Source: Acidimicrobiia bacterium
GTDB lineage: Bacteria; Actinomycetota; Acidimicrobiia; Spongiisociales; ZC4RG35
Reading direction: 5' to 3'
DNA length: 64,000 nt
NCBI GenBank assembly: GCA_965203555.1
Contig: CBDBCY010000004.1
Location: 1,024,001-1,088,000, forward strand
Both the position numbers and the translations under genes were made by a program. Positions 17,597 to 33,500 of the stretch are shown piece by piece (position 1 is the first letter of the stretch; each line of letters begins with the position of its first letter). The notes below the pieces were generated by a model. That model did not search any database. It had not been told where the DNA came from and saw only the letters and a list, made by a program, of their open reading frames with translations.

Positions 17597-19627
17597 TCAG
17601 CCCGTCACGGTCAACAAGGCATCAACCGCCACCGTCCCGGATGCAGTCACCAACAGCGGGTTGACCTCCAGTTCCATCACGTCGCCGTCCCCCAGCGCCC
17701 CGTTCACCAGATTGCAGATCGCCGTGGCGACGTTGTGCAGGTCCGCCGGGGCCGCTCCCCGATATCCGGTCAGGAGCCGCCCCACCTTCAGCCCCTGCAA
17801 AGCTCTCTCCACCTCCCTGGGGTGAACAGGCGCCAGGAAGTGGGCCAGATCATCCACCAATTCAGCGAGAACCCCGCCGGCGCCCAGCGTCACCAGCCAC
17901 CCGACCGGCCATTGGCGACGCACGCTCACCAGGAGTTCGGCGATGATGTTCTCCACCATCTCCTCCACCAGGAAGAGGCCTTCATGGTCCTTCGACATGG
18001 CTTTGACCGCTTCCTCCAAGTCCGCAGGCGTCGCCAGCCCCAGTCGGACCCCGCCCGACTCCGTCTTGTGATCCAAGCCCAGGACCTTGACAACCAGTGG
18101 GTACCTCATCCCTCCCGCCACTGCACCCACCTCTTCAGCCGGCGCCACCCGTCCCAGGGGGACCGGCCCTCCCCAACTTTTGATCCGCGCCTTGGCCTGG
18201 ACCTCATTCAGGCCGATCACCCGGGAGGTGGGTGGAGGGACCGGGAGCGGAGAGGGAGGGGGCGTTCCATGCGCCGACTCACCCCATCTGACGGCCGCCT
18301 CCAATCCCGACAGGGCCAACTCGATCCCCCGCACGGGCGTAACCCCGCCGGCTGCCAACTCCCGGCAGAGATCGGCAGAAAGGTTTTCGGGAACCCCGGA
18401 GGCAACCAGGGCGGGACGGCCGGACCTGGCCCGGGCGGAGACCATGGCCCGGGCCGTTTTCCGGAAAGCCGAGAAGTCCCCTTCCGCCTCGGGCAGGTCC
18501 AGCACCAACATGGTGGCGTCCTGGGGGCCCGACATCACTTCGCCGAACAGTTGCTCCAGGCGACGGCGGTCATCCCATATGAAGGTGTGATAGTCCAGGG
18601 GATTGCCCACCCTGACCCGGCCCTCCAGGATCCGATCCACCCTGGCAGCCTGGTCCGGGGGGAACGGAGCGAAGTCCAGGGGACCGCCTTCCGACAAATC
18701 GGCCACATAGGAAGCCTCCCCTCCGGAACAGGACAGGGACACGATGCGGTTCCCGGGCAGGGGACCGGTCCCCACCAACACTGCCAACGTCTCGAGGAGT
18801 TCGGGGATCGTGTCGACGCTCACCACCCCCGCCCGGTCGAATAGGGCCCGGTGGGCGTCGGCCATCCCGCTCATGGAAGCGGTGTGGCTTCGAGCGATCT
18901 CCGCGCCGCGCCGGGAGCGTCCCACCAGAAGCGCCACCACCGGGATCCGCTCGGCCAGGGCGCGACGAGCCACCGGCAGAAACCGGGCCGGGTCCCTGAC
19001 CGCCTCCATAAAGAGACCGAACCCCCGGACTCTTTCATCCCGGAGTAATTCCTCCATCACGTCCTCTATACCCACGGTGGCCTGATTTCCCACCGTGACC
19101 AGGTGGGAAATGGCCAATTGCCTCCGCTGGAACGACAGGTTCAGGCCGACATTCCCGCTCTGGGAGATGAGGGCCACTCCCTCCGACACCGGTTGGCACC
19201 CCATCAAATCCGGCCACAGAGCGACTCTGTCCACCGCGTTGATCAAGCCGTGACAGTTGGGGCCCAGGATGGGCATTTCTCCCGCCGCCTCCACCAGTCG
19301 ACGCTGGTGGACCACACCGTCCTCCCCCAGTTCCGCGAACAGCGATGCGTAACAAACGGCCGAGCCCGCCCCCATCTCCGCCAAGGCGGCCACCGCCTTT
19401 ATGGTCCGCTGACGATTCACAGCCAGGAACACCGCATCCGGGACCCCGGGAAGACCCCGGAGGTCGGGGTAACAGGGAAGGCCCGCCAGGCGGCTTTGAC
19501 GCGGGTTCACCGGCCATATCTCCCCGGCAAACCCCATCTCCCTGCAGGATGCAACCAGGCGGTTCACCAGAGCCCCGCCCACCAGCGCCACCGATTCGGG
19601 CCTCAGCAGTCTCCCCAGTTCCGGCAA
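17597..19627 (-). CDS. Acetate--CoA ligase family (NDP-forming acyl-CoA synthetase)
   Basis: LLRPESVALVG, GPNCHG, SQSGN, SHTAS, NPLD, HKTE.GGV, LEVNPL. TTG start inferred. Confidence 0.88.
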   Translation of the reverse strand: MPELGRLLRPESVALVGGALVNRLVASCREMGFAGEIWPVNPRQSRLAGLPCYPDLRGLPGVPDAVFLAVNRQRTIKAVAALAEMGAGSAVCYASLFAELGEDGVVHQRRLVEAAGEMPILGPNCHGLINAVDRVALWPDLMGCQPVSEGVALISQSGNVGLNLSFQRRQLAISHLVTVGNQATVGIEDVMEELLRDERVRGFGLFMEAVRDPARFLPVARRALAERIPVVALLVGRSRRGAEIARSHTASMSGMADAHRALFDRAGVVSVDTIPELLETLAVLVGTGPLPGNRIVSLSCSGGEASYVADLSEGGPLDFAPFPPDQAARVDRILEGRVRVGNPLDYHTFIWDDRRRLEQLFGEVMSGPQDATMLVLDLPEAEGDFSAFRKTARAMVSARARSGRPALVASGVPENLSADLCRELAAGGVTPVRGIELALSGLEAAVRWGESAHGTPPPSPLPVPPPTSRVIGLNEVQAKARIKSWGGPVPLGRVAPAEEVGAVAGGMRYPLVVKVLGLDHKTESGGVRLGLATPADLEEAVKAMSKDHEGLFLVEEMVENIIAELLVSVRRQWPVGWLVTLGAGGVLAELVDDLAHFLAPVHPREVERALQGLKVGRLLTGYRGAAPADLHNVATAICNLVNGALGDGDVMELEVNPLLVTASGTVAVDALLTVTG

Positions 19628-19631
19628 GCCG

Positions 19632-20804
19632 TCAGCCCCCCAGAGGCCGCAGAATGGAGCGGGAGATAATGTGCCGCTGTATCTCCGACGTTCCGTCCCA
19701 AATGCGTTCCACGCGGGCGTCGCGCCACAACCTCTCAAGCGGTAATTCTCCCATCAGCCCCATCCCGCCGAAGACCTGGATTGCCTCGTCGGTCACAAAG
19801 GCCAGCATTTCGGTGGCGGCCAGCTTGGCCATGGCCGCGTCCGCCGAGGCCATCTGCCCCCTATCGGCCTTCCAGGCGGCTCTCAGGGTGAGAAGTTCGG
19901 CGGCCGCCATTTGAGTGGCCATGTCCGCCAGTTTGAAGGACACCCCTTGGAAGCGCCCGATATTCTGCCCGAACTGGGTGCGGCGGGCGGCCCATCCGGC
20001 GGCCAGTTCCATGGCCCGTTCCGCTCTGCCCAGGCAGTTGGCCGCCACCGCCAGGCGGGTACCGCTAAGCCAGGTATTGGCCACCTCGAAACCTCGGTGC
20101 TCCTCCCCCAGAATCCGGGAGACCGGCACCCGGCAGTCGTCGAAGTTGAAGATCGCGTTGTTGTATCCCCGGTGGGATACGCACTGGTAACCCTCCTGCA
20201 CCTCGAAGCCCGGGGTCCCCACATCCACCAGGAAAGCGGTGATCCTCTGCGGCGCCCTCCCGCTGGCGGGGCGTGCTTCCGGGTCGGGGCCGGTCGAGGC
20301 AAAGAGGATCACGTAGTCGCAGATGTCCCCGTGGGAAATGAAGTGCTTCACTCCGTTGATCACGTATTCATCCCCGTCCCTTCTCGCCCGGCACTTCATG
20401 CCTCGCAGATCGGAACCGGCGTCCGGCTCGCTCATGGCGAGCGCCTCCATCCGCTTCCCTTCCACTGTCGGGTACAGGTAACGCTGTCGCTGGTCCCCCT
20501 GGCAGGCCAGCAGGATGTTAGAAGGCCGGGCCACCAGGTGATGGAGGGCATAGGAGGTCTTGCCCAATTCCTTCTCCACCAGGGCCATGGTCAGATTGTC
20601 GAGCCCTGCGCCCCCCACCTCCACCGGCATGTTGGCCGAGAAGATCCCCGCCGCAATCGCCTTTTGCCTGATGTCTTCGGCCATCGGAACCGGGACGTGC
20701 CCGAGCCTCTCCACCTCCTCCTCATGCGGCATGAGCTCTCGTTCGGTGAAGTCGCGGACTGTGGCGACAATCAGCGACTGTTCGTCGGTCAGTGCGAAAT
20801 CCAT
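19632..20804 (-). CDS. Acyl-CoA dehydrogenase
   Basis: ALAMSEPDAGSD, INGVKHFIS, QVFGGMG, RIWDGTSEIQR. Confidence 0.95.
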   Translation of the reverse strand: MDFALTDEQSLIVATVRDFTERELMPHEEEVERLGHVPVPMAEDIRQKAIAAGIFSANMPVEVGGAGLDNLTMALVEKELGKTSYALHHLVARPSNILLACQGDQRQRYLYPTVEGKRMEALAMSEPDAGSDLRGMKCRARRDGDEYVINGVKHFISHGDICDYVILFASTGPDPEARPASGRAPQRITAFLVDVGTPGFEVQEGYQCVSHRGYNNAIFNFDDCRVPVSRILGEEHRGFEVANTWLSGTRLAVAANCLGRAERAMELAAGWAARRTQFGQNIGRFQGVSFKLADMATQMAAAELLTLRAAWKADRGQMASADAAMAKLAATEMLAFVTDEAIQVFGGMGLMGELPLERLWRDARVERIWDGTSEIQRHIISRSILRPLGG

Positions 20805-20819
20805 GCGGTCTCCCTTCTC

Positions 20820-22340
20820 TCAGTTGCGCCCGCCCAGGCGCATCCGGGAACCGACCTCGGGGGGGATCGGTAGTTCCCGGTGGGCCTCGAGCACCGCATC
20901 CAAAGCTCCGGCCGGGGCTGGGAGAATGGGCGCCACAGCCCCCGCCCCGGTGTCGACATGCAGGAGCATCTGCTCGGTGGAGGAGAGCAGAGTCCCCCTG
21001 TCGTCGAACATGGTGTGGAAGAGGTGGAGGCGTTTGCCGTCCACTCCCAGCACCTGGGTCTTGAAAAGGAGTTCCTGGTGCAGCGAAGCCTCCCTTCGAT
21101 AGTGGATGTGAGTCTCCACGGTGTAGAAGGAATGACCATCTTCCCGGTACCGTTCGTCGATCCCAACGTAGCGGAACAGGGCGTCCGACGCCCATCCGAA
21201 GGCAGTCAGGTAGGCGCTCTCGGTCATGTGGTCGTTGTAGTCCACCCAATCCGGCTCCACCCGGCACCTGTACAGTTCCAGCGGGGCAGGCACCAGGTCG
21301 CCTTCTCCCCAGGTCACGGCCCGGGCCGACAGTCGCATCGCCTCGCGTTCGGCCATAAGGCGTCCCGCTCCCAGGTCGTGGGGGCGCAGCGCCCTCATCA
21401 CCGATATCAGGTACCCGTCGCGCAGCCGTTCCAACTCCGCCACGCTCCTGCCGTCCGCTTGCCGCTCCACCCCCTCCGCCACCGACTCTATGAGTTCATC
21501 GGTCAGGGGAGGCGCTTTGAGACCGGTCCACGGAAGTTCCAGGGCGGGCCCGAAGTGCTCCAGCATGTGCCGCATACCCCCCTCTCCCCCCGCCAGATGG
21601 AAGGTGAGCATGGTCCCCATGGCCGCCCACCGCAGACCGGGCCCGTAAACGATCGCCTGATCCAGCTCATCGGTGGTGGCGATCCCGTCATTGACCAACC
21701 AGAGAGCCTCCCGCCAGAGAGCCTCCTGGAGACGATCCGACAGATATCCCTCGATCTCGTTGCGCACCACCAGGGGATGCATCCCCAGGTCCCGGAAGAC
21801 CGTCTCCGCCGTCTTCACGGCCTCCGGGCTGGTCCGGCGGCCCCCGCACAGCTCTACCAGCGGCAATAGGTACACGGGGTTGAAGGGATGGGTCACCAGG
21901 TACCGCTCGGGATGGCGGAGGTCGGCCTGCAGACGGGTGGGAAGGAGCCCCGAGGAACTGGAGCATATCAAAACGTCGGAGGGAGTAACCGCGTCGATGC
22001 GGGAGGCCACCTTTTTCTTGAGACCTTCCCGCTCGGGGACCGACTCGACGATCAGATCGGCACGGGCCGTCACCTCCTCGATGTTCGGCGCGAACCGGAC
22101 CCGGTCGGGGCGGGCCCCCGGATGCAGGCCCAGCGCCATGGCCGACGGCCACACCCGCTCCACAAAAGAAGACAGTCCCGACTCCGTCTGCGGGTCCGGG
22201 TCGGTCACCACCACCTCCCAGCCCCGCGCCAGTGCCCTGACCGCCCATCCCCGTCCGATCACCCCGGCGCCCACCAGCCCCACCACCCCCACCCTGGAGC
22301 GAAACCGCTGCCCGGATCCTCCCGGCTCAGCCATCACCAC
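20820..22340 (-). CDS. lcdH: L-carnitine 3-dehydrogenase fused to a thioesterase (CdhA-CdhB-like)
   Basis: GAGVIGRGW, HPFNPVYLLPLVE, GPGLRWA, HFGPAL. C-terminal WVDYNDHM hot-dog thioesterase. Confidence 0.88.
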   Translation of the reverse strand: MVMAEPGGSGQRFRSRVGVVGLVGAGVIGRGWAVRALARGWEVVVTDPDPQTESGLSSFVERVWPSAMALGLHPGARPDRVRFAPNIEEVTARADLIVESVPEREGLKKKVASRIDAVTPSDVLICSSSSGLLPTRLQADLRHPERYLVTHPFNPVYLLPLVELCGGRRTSPEAVKTAETVFRDLGMHPLVVRNEIEGYLSDRLQEALWREALWLVNDGIATTDELDQAIVYGPGLRWAAMGTMLTFHLAGGEGGMRHMLEHFGPALELPWTGLKAPPLTDELIESVAEGVERQADGRSVAELERLRDGYLISVMRALRPHDLGAGRLMAEREAMRLSARAVTWGEGDLVPAPLELYRCRVEPDWVDYNDHMTESAYLTAFGWASDALFRYVGIDERYREDGHSFYTVETHIHYRREASLHQELLFKTQVLGVDGKRLHLFHTMFDDRGTLLSSTEQMLLHVDTGAGAVAPILPAPAGALDAVLEAHRELPIPPEVGSRMRLGGRN

Positions 22341-22383
22341 CGCGACGGGTCAGATGCACACGGACGTCAGGAGGACGTGACAA

Positions 22384-23322
22384 TCAGAACGCCACGTTGT
22401 GGAGGCCCTTGAGATCCAGTATCTCCCGGGCCTCATCGGAGGTGGCGGTCTCACGGGACAACTCGTTCAGGATGCGGACCATCTTGGCCACCTGTTCGGC
22501 GTTGTCGTCGGCCAGCCGTCCTTTTCGCAGATAGATACCGTCTTCCAAACCGACCCGGACATGGCCTCCCAGCACCGCGCCGGCGGTGACGATGTCGAAT
22601 TGGAACCGGCCCCCACCCAGCACCGACCACTCGATGTCGGTCCCGAACAGTCGGTCGGCAGTCTGCTTCATGGCCACCACGTTCTCGATATCCGGGCCGA
22701 TGCCTCCCAGGGTTCCCACCACGAATTGCATGAAAATGGGAGGTTTCACCAATCCCTGGTCGGCGTAATAGGCCAGCGTATAGAGATGCCCCACGTCGTA
22801 GGCCTCGAACTCGAACCGGCAGCCCGTCTCTTCGGTCAACTCGGTGAGCATGTACTCGATGTCCGAGAACCGGTTCACGAAGGGCTCATGACGGGTGGAC
22901 TCCAGATAGGGCTCTTCCCAGTCGTACTTCCACCGACCTTCGTACCGGGGAATCATCTGGAACAGCCCGTAATTCATGGTGCCCAGGTTGCAGGTGGCCA
23001 ATTCGGGCTGCAGGGCCTTGATCACCGCCAATCGCTCTTCGATGGTCTGTCCGGTGGCGCCACCCGTCGTGATGCTGATCACCGCATCGCATTTCTCCTT
23101 GATGCCCACGCAATACTCCCGGAACAATCCGACGTCGGCGCTGGGCCGACCATTGCGAGGATCCCGGGCGTGGATGTGTATCACGGCTGCGCCCCGGGCA
23201 TGGGCCTCCACCGACTGGACCACCATCTCTTCGGGGGTGACCGGTATCCCTATGTTCATGGTGGGCGTGTGGGAACTCCCCGTAACCGCGCAGGTGAGTA
23301 CCACTTTGCTGTGAACGGCCAT
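22384..23322 (-). CDS. Beta-keto acid cleavage enzyme (BKACE/DUF849), likely dehydrocarnitine cleavage
   Basis: LTCAVTG, IHIHARDP, EFEAYDVGHL, HVRVGLED. Adjacent to carnitine dehydrogenase. Start ATG 23322. Confidence 0.9.
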   Translation of the reverse strand: MAVHSKVVLTCAVTGSSHTPTMNIGIPVTPEEMVVQSVEAHARGAAVIHIHARDPRNGRPSADVGLFREYCVGIKEKCDAVISITTGGATGQTIEERLAVIKALQPELATCNLGTMNYGLFQMIPRYEGRWKYDWEEPYLESTRHEPFVNRFSDIEYMLTELTEETGCRFEFEAYDVGHLYTLAYYADQGLVKPPIFMQFVVGTLGGIGPDIENVVAMKQTADRLFGTDIEWSVLGGGRFQFDIVTAGAVLGGHVRVGLEDGIYLRKGRLADDNAEQVAKMVRILNELSRETATSDEAREILDLKGLHNVAF

Positions 23323-23412
23323 CTCTCCTAACTCCTTACCCGATTCCCGCTTCGTAGTATATTCCAGCCAATGGTACGTGACCATGCTGCCTGATCCACC
23401 CCATACGTCACC

Positions 23413-24195
23413 ATGACCGCTCCGGTGCGAGCAGTGGCGCGAGCCTTTGCGGTTCTGCAAGTCGTGGTGGCGTCTCCCCGCAGCGCCAGCCTGGCGCAGA
23501 TCACCAAGGCCACCCGCCTTCCGAAAAGCTCGGTCTCCCGCATGCTGGTCACCCTCGAGCATCTGGAAATGGTGGAGCAAGTCGGCAAACGGGGCCGGTA
23601 TCGGGTCGGACCCGGCCTGGAAGTGCTGGCCGGAAGGGGGACCTCTCCGCAGGTCTTGAAGCAGTTGTGCCGACCCCACCTTGACAATCTTGTCTCCCGG
23701 TTCGGGGAGGACGCCGTTCTTACCGTGCCGGAGGGCAAGAAGATTCTTTACATCAGCCAGGTCGTGGCTGATCGAACCGTACATGTTCAGGACTGGACGG
23801 GCCATACCTTCCCAATCCACACCACTGCCACCGGTCAGATGTGCCTGGCAAGCTGGGGACCGGACCAACTACGCAATTACCTCAGCGAGGACCTGGTCCG
23901 GGTTACTTCTCACACCATTGTTGATCCCCGGGTCCTGCAAACCCGACTTCAGGCCGCCCGTCGCGACGGCTTTGTCTGGGCTCACGAAGAGTCCGCCGTG
24001 GACATCTCAGGGGTGGCGGCCCCGGTGATCGGCCCTCACGGCAAGGTAGTGGCCGCTCTGGGCGTCCATGGACCCACTTATCGATTCCCCGGCAAGTCGG
24101 ATGGATCGGAAATCGGGCGGCGGATACGACGGGTAGCCGACCATCTGACCTCCGAACTCGCCAGCTTCCCCTATGGGATCCGATCCCGCCCGTGA
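23413..24195 (+). CDS. IclR family transcriptional regulator
   Basis: AVARAFAVL, LPKSSVSRML HTH, HTTATG, GVAAPV. Confidence 0.92.
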   Translation: MTAPVRAVARAFAVLQVVVASPRSASLAQITKATRLPKSSVSRMLVTLEHLEMVEQVGKRGRYRVGPGLEVLAGRGTSPQVLKQLCRPHLDNLVSRFGEDAVLTVPEGKKILYISQVVADRTVHVQDWTGHTFPIHTTATGQMCLASWGPDQLRNYLSEDLVRVTSHTIVDPRVLQTRLQAARRDGFVWAHEESAVDISGVAAPVIGPHGKVVAALGVHGPTYRFPGKSDGSEIGRRIRRVADHLTSELASFPYGIRSRP

Positions 24196-24196
24196 A

Positions 24197-25327
24197 TCAC
24201 AGACCGGCGAGAACCAGGGCCAGCGGGTAGAAGACCACCAATACCACTCCCGCTACCCGGCTTTGGGACCATCGCGAGAAAACGACATCCCCCGTCGCCA
24301 GGGCAGACCCCATCATCTGCAGGACGCGGTTGCTGCTGCGGAAGGGTCGCAGTCGATCGAACCCGCGGAGACCATTTGCTATCCCCCCCGCCGCCACGGC
24401 GGTTCCCATCATCCAAAGAAGGCTGCCCCGGAAATTGCCGGTGAAGACCCCGTCCCCGACCAGTCCTGCTATGCCACCCACCGCCAGGGCGTTGAAGAGA
24501 TTGGAACCGAGCACATTCCCTATGACCAGTTCGGTGTTCCCGTGCCGGGCCGCGGCGACGGCCGTGGCCAACTCGGGAAGGGAGGTCCCCAGCGCCACCA
24601 GTGTCAGCCCGACCAGCCCTCCGGAGATATCCAGCCGTTCGGCAATGCCGGTGGCGCCGTCCACCAGCCGATCGGCGCCCCACAATGTCAGGACCAGCGA
24701 GATGAGGGCCATCAGGATTTCCCTCCACAGAACGAGGCTGAGGCGGATGCGCAGCCCTGGCAAACCCACCGAGGACCCCGCTTTTACCTTCTCCAACCAC
24801 GAAGCGATTTCATCCGAATAGGCGGACCCGCCACCTTCTGATGGATCCCTCTCGGTTTTCCCGTCGATCGAGTGCATGTCCCGGGACCATCGCACCAGCA
24901 ACATCAACGCCACCGCCATGGCAACCGCCAGGGCCACTCCGTTCGGTCGGGACAAGGCGTTGTTCCAGGCCAGAACGACCAGCACGAAAGATCCGACCAG
25001 CATGGCCAGCCACTCCCGCCGCAGGTCCGTGGTGACGTTCTTCAACGGAGCGACGAGTATGGCAACGCCCAGCACCAGGGAGAGATTGGCGATGTTGGAT
25101 CCCACGATGTTGCCGGTGGCCAGATCCAGCCCGTTGGGCCGGGCCGCCGCCAGGCCCGAGATCAGCATCTCCGGCAGGGAGGTTCCCAACCCCACCACCA
25201 CCGCTCCGATGAGGACGGTGGACATTCCCCAGTAGTGGGCCAGCCGCTCGGCGGCGCTCACCAGCCGCTCCGCGCCGAAGATGAGCACCGCCATGCCCAC
25301 CACCACCCAGGCCACATCAACTAGCAT
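24197..25327 (-). CDS. Calcium/sodium antiporter (YrbG family)
   Basis: Two alpha repeats: GTSLPE...GNIVGSNIAN and GTSLPE...GNVLGSNLFN. Confidence 0.92.
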   Translation of the reverse strand: MLVDVAWVVVGMAVLIFGAERLVSAAERLAHYWGMSTVLIGAVVVGLGTSLPEMLISGLAAARPNGLDLATGNIVGSNIANLSLVLGVAILVAPLKNVTTDLRREWLAMLVGSFVLVVLAWNNALSRPNGVALAVAMAVALMLLVRWSRDMHSIDGKTERDPSEGGGSAYSDEIASWLEKVKAGSSVGLPGLRIRLSLVLWREILMALISLVLTLWGADRLVDGATGIAERLDISGGLVGLTLVALGTSLPELATAVAAARHGNTELVIGNVLGSNLFNALAVGGIAGLVGDGVFTGNFRGSLLWMMGTAVAAGGIANGLRGFDRLRPFRSSNRVLQMMGSALATGDVVFSRWSQSRVAGVVLVVFYPLALVLAGL

Positions 25328-25441
25328 CAGGAAAACCTTACTCCACAGCTAAAGAAACTGTCGGTCGAGAACTCTTGCCGAGTCATATTGCAATAGCAGG
25401 CTAACGACAGGAATCGCGGTGTCGCACAGTCCCTCCGATCA

Positions 25442-29883
<4,442 letters not shown>

Positions 29884-29887
<4 letters not shown>

Positions 29888-30582
29888 CGAAGGTCCATAT
29901 CGGATGCATCGACGGAAGCATCCTTACTGTTACCCAGACCGCCACCGAAGTGCGCCTTCGCATCGGAGACACTAAGGCCAGACTGTCCAGGGAGGCCGCC
30001 GATCGGCTGGCCAACCTATTGAATCAGCAGGCCTCGCCCGTTGAGGATTCCGAACCGCTTGATGCCGCTGGACCGGAGCCGGAGAGTCCCACAGCTGATG
30101 TAGGAGTGAGCGACCTGATCGCCGCTGGGTACCTCGCGGTGGGGGAAGTTCTAACCATGATCCACAGCGGAGTGGAGTTTCAGGCCACCCTAACCCCCGA
30201 TGGCTACTTCGACGTCGACGGTTCCATCAGGACATCACCTTCAGGTGCCGGACGGCAAATAACAGGAAGAGCCACCAACGGCTGGATCACTTGGAAAAAT
30301 GCTTCTGGAGGAAGCCTTGATGCTCTCCGTTGGCAACTCCGAGCAGACAGGTTTCAATGCCCTGGGTTTTCTAAGGCCACCATAGATTCGATGCGACAGG
30401 TCATCAGCAGGTGGGTGGACCGCACACTCAGCAAAGGCACTCATCCTGGACGGTTTGATGCAGAGGCTGTGGAATCTTTTCTCGCAGGAAACCGCTACAC
30501 GGAAAGCACGCTGACTTCTTACCGAAGATACCTTGATCGGTGGTTTGCTCAATACGATTCCCATCGGCCGTCAAATTCATGA
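29884..30582 (+). CDS. RAMA (DUF4357-like) domain protein with a C-terminal helical domain resembling the integrase N-terminal SAM-like domain
   Basis: DLIAAGYL..GE.L....G..F.ATL..DG...SPSGAG.......NGW..W. ATGA overlaps with both neighbours. Confidence 0.75.
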
Positions 30583-33500
30583 CCGAAACCGGCGTCAAGG
30601 ACTTCGCCAAACCGGAACTGGCAACCAATCGGGCCGGCGATACGGTGGCAGAGGCTCTCAACGGGTTCATCTCCCATGCGGCAACCGGATTGGTGGGCGG
30701 TGCTCGGGTGGACATCGCCACTGCTTATTTCAATCTCGGCGGGTTCTCGCTTCTGGCCGACTCCCTGGATCAAGCCACCGGGGTCCGGCTGTTGCTGGGC
30801 GCCGAGCCCACCCCGCCCGAGAGACGAAAACGAAAGCTGGGAGTCGAGTCGGCAATCCCGGAGCGGGCGGCCCGCACCCGGCTGAAACAAGCGCTGGCGA
30901 GTCACGAACACAGCCTGGCCACCGACCGGGATCTGCTGGGATTCTCGGTGGAGGCGGACATCTCCGCCCGGCGACTGCTCAAGTGGCTTCGGTCCGGCTC
31001 AGTGCAAGTGCGGCGGCTGGAGGGCCGGTTCCTTCACGGCAAAGCCTTCCTGGTGAGCGAACCTTCCCACGGGGTGGTAGCCGGATCGTCCAACTTCACC
31101 CACGCCGGGCTCACCACCAACCTGGAGCTGAACCTGGGCAACTACCAGCCCTACGTGGTCGGGCAGGTGGCGGAGTGGTTCGAGGAGCTTTGGACCGAGG
31201 CGGTCGAATACGATCTGGCCGCCTTGTTCGATGCCCGCTTCAAGCCGCACTCCCCCCAACTCATCTATCTGCGGATGCTGTGGGAACGCTACGGCGAGGA
31301 ATTGGACGACGAGGCCCTCGCCACCGGCGTATCCCAAATCCATCTCACCACTTTCCAGGCCGATGGGCTGTGGCGGGCCAGGCGCATCCTGGAACGCCGC
31401 CACGGAGTGCTGATCGCCGACGAGGTGGGGCTTGGCAAGACCTTCCTGGCCGGAGAGCTGATCCGCGAAGCGGCCATCGATAGGCGTCAGCGGGTCCTGG
31501 TGGTCACCCCGGCAACCCTGCGGGACGGACCGTGGAGAGCGTTCCGCTCCGAGTACAACCTTCCCATGGAACTCCGCTCGTTCGAGGAAATGGCCGGCGA
31601 CCATCGACTCAATCCCCACCACGCCACCGGCACGAAGCTCGACCGTCAGATCAACGACTACGCCATGGTGGTTATCGACGAGGCCCACAATCTGCGCAAT
31701 CCGGGGACGCAGCGAGCCGAGGCGCTGCGTCGGCTGCTGGCCGGATCTCCCCCCAAGCAGTTGGTGCTGCTCACGGCCACGCCGGTGAACAACAGCCTGT
31801 GGGACCTCTATTACCAGCTCGGATACTTCCTGCGCAACGATGCCGCTTTCGCCGATGTGGGCATCCGCTCCCTGCGGGATCATTTCGCCAAGGCCATGGC
31901 CCTCAATCCCGACGATCTCACACCCGAACACCTCTTCGACGTGCTGGACGCGGTGGCGGTGCGCCGCACCCGGTCGTTCGTGAAACGCTTCTATCCCAAC
32001 GACACCATCAAAGTCGCCGACCAGGAGGTGACCATCACCTTCCCCACTCCCCGGGTGCGCAGGATCACCTACGACCTCGACGCGGTGCTGCCCGGTTTCT
32101 TCGACCGGTTCGGGCGGGCGCTGGATCCTCCCGACGACGCCGACCCGGACGATCCCGAGGTGCTCACCCTGGCCCGGTACGCCCCGTCCCAGTATCGGCT
32201 GGATCGCGACGTGGAGACCTACGAGATACAACTGGCGGGACTGCTGCGTTCCGGACTGCTGAAGAGATTCGAGTCCTCCCCGCACGCCTTTGCCAAGACC
32301 TGCGAGCGCATGGTCCGAAACCACGACGCCTTCCTCTCCCTCTTGAAGGAGGGCGGCCGGGTGGCCACCGGAGCGGCGCTGGTCGACTGGGTGGCCACCG
32401 ACTCCGACGACCTCGACGAGATCAACGCCTACCTCGATACTCACACCGCCCTCACCGAGGATGCCACCGACTACGACATCGACCGGCTGGCCACCCATGT
32501 TCGCCAGGACCGGGAGTTGCTGTCCTCCTTCGCAGCCGCCGCCCGCACCGTGACCCGCCGCAGCGACCCCACCCTGGTCGAGTTGGTCCGTCGGCTGGCC
32601 GCTATCGCAACCCAGGCGGAAGCCGAGGGGCTGGGACCCGAGGACACCCGCGACCGGCGCAAGGTGCTGATCTTCAGCTACTACGCCGACACCGTGGACT
32701 GGATCTTCGACCACCTCCGAGAGGTAACCGAGACCGATCCCCGGCTGGCCTCCTATCGCGGCCGGGTTGCCGGGTTGTCCGGAAACCGGAGCCCCGGGAA
32801 CAAGGCGGGCGTACTGTGGGGTTTCGCTCCCCGCACCACCGACGCACCGCCCGGTTCGGACCGGGATCTGCATGACATCGTGGTCGCCACCGACGTGCTG
32901 GCCGAAGGAGTGAACCTGCAACAGGCCCGTCACATCATCAACTACGACCTGCCCTGGAATCCCATGCGGCTGGTGCAGCGCCACGGACGGATCGATCGGA
33001 TCGGCTCGCGGCACGCCGAGGTGTTCCTCCACTGCGTGTTCCCCGACGCACGGCTCGACGACCTGCTGGGATTGGAGGAGCGGCTCAATCTCAAGATCCG
33101 TCAGGCCGCCGCCAGTGTCGGGGTGGGAAAAATCATGCCCGGGCAGGCCGTCGATCCCGTGGACCGGGAGTTCACGGAGACCCGCCGGGAGATCGAGCGC
33201 CTGCGCCGGGAGGAGAGTCGTATCTTCGAGCGAGGCGGGACCTCCCGCGGAGCCCTCTCCGGCGAGGAGTACCGCCAGGAGTTGCGCCAGGCCCTGGAGG
33301 ACAGCCGGTTGGCCGCTGACATCGAGAGGCTGCCCTGGGGATCGGGATCAGGTATGGCCGCCCGCGCCGGGGACAGGCCGGGGTTCGTGTTCTGCGCCCG
33401 GGTGGGTGACTGGGACCGGCCCCTGTTCCGATACGTCGCCGACCGAAGCGCCCGGCCGGTGGTGGTGGACGAGACTTTGGCCTGCCTGGACCGGGCCCGT

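Noticed and set aside
23362-23376. IclR operator TTCCA-N5-TGGTA
   Set aside because: The position is plausible, but the palindrome is too short and imperfect to call.
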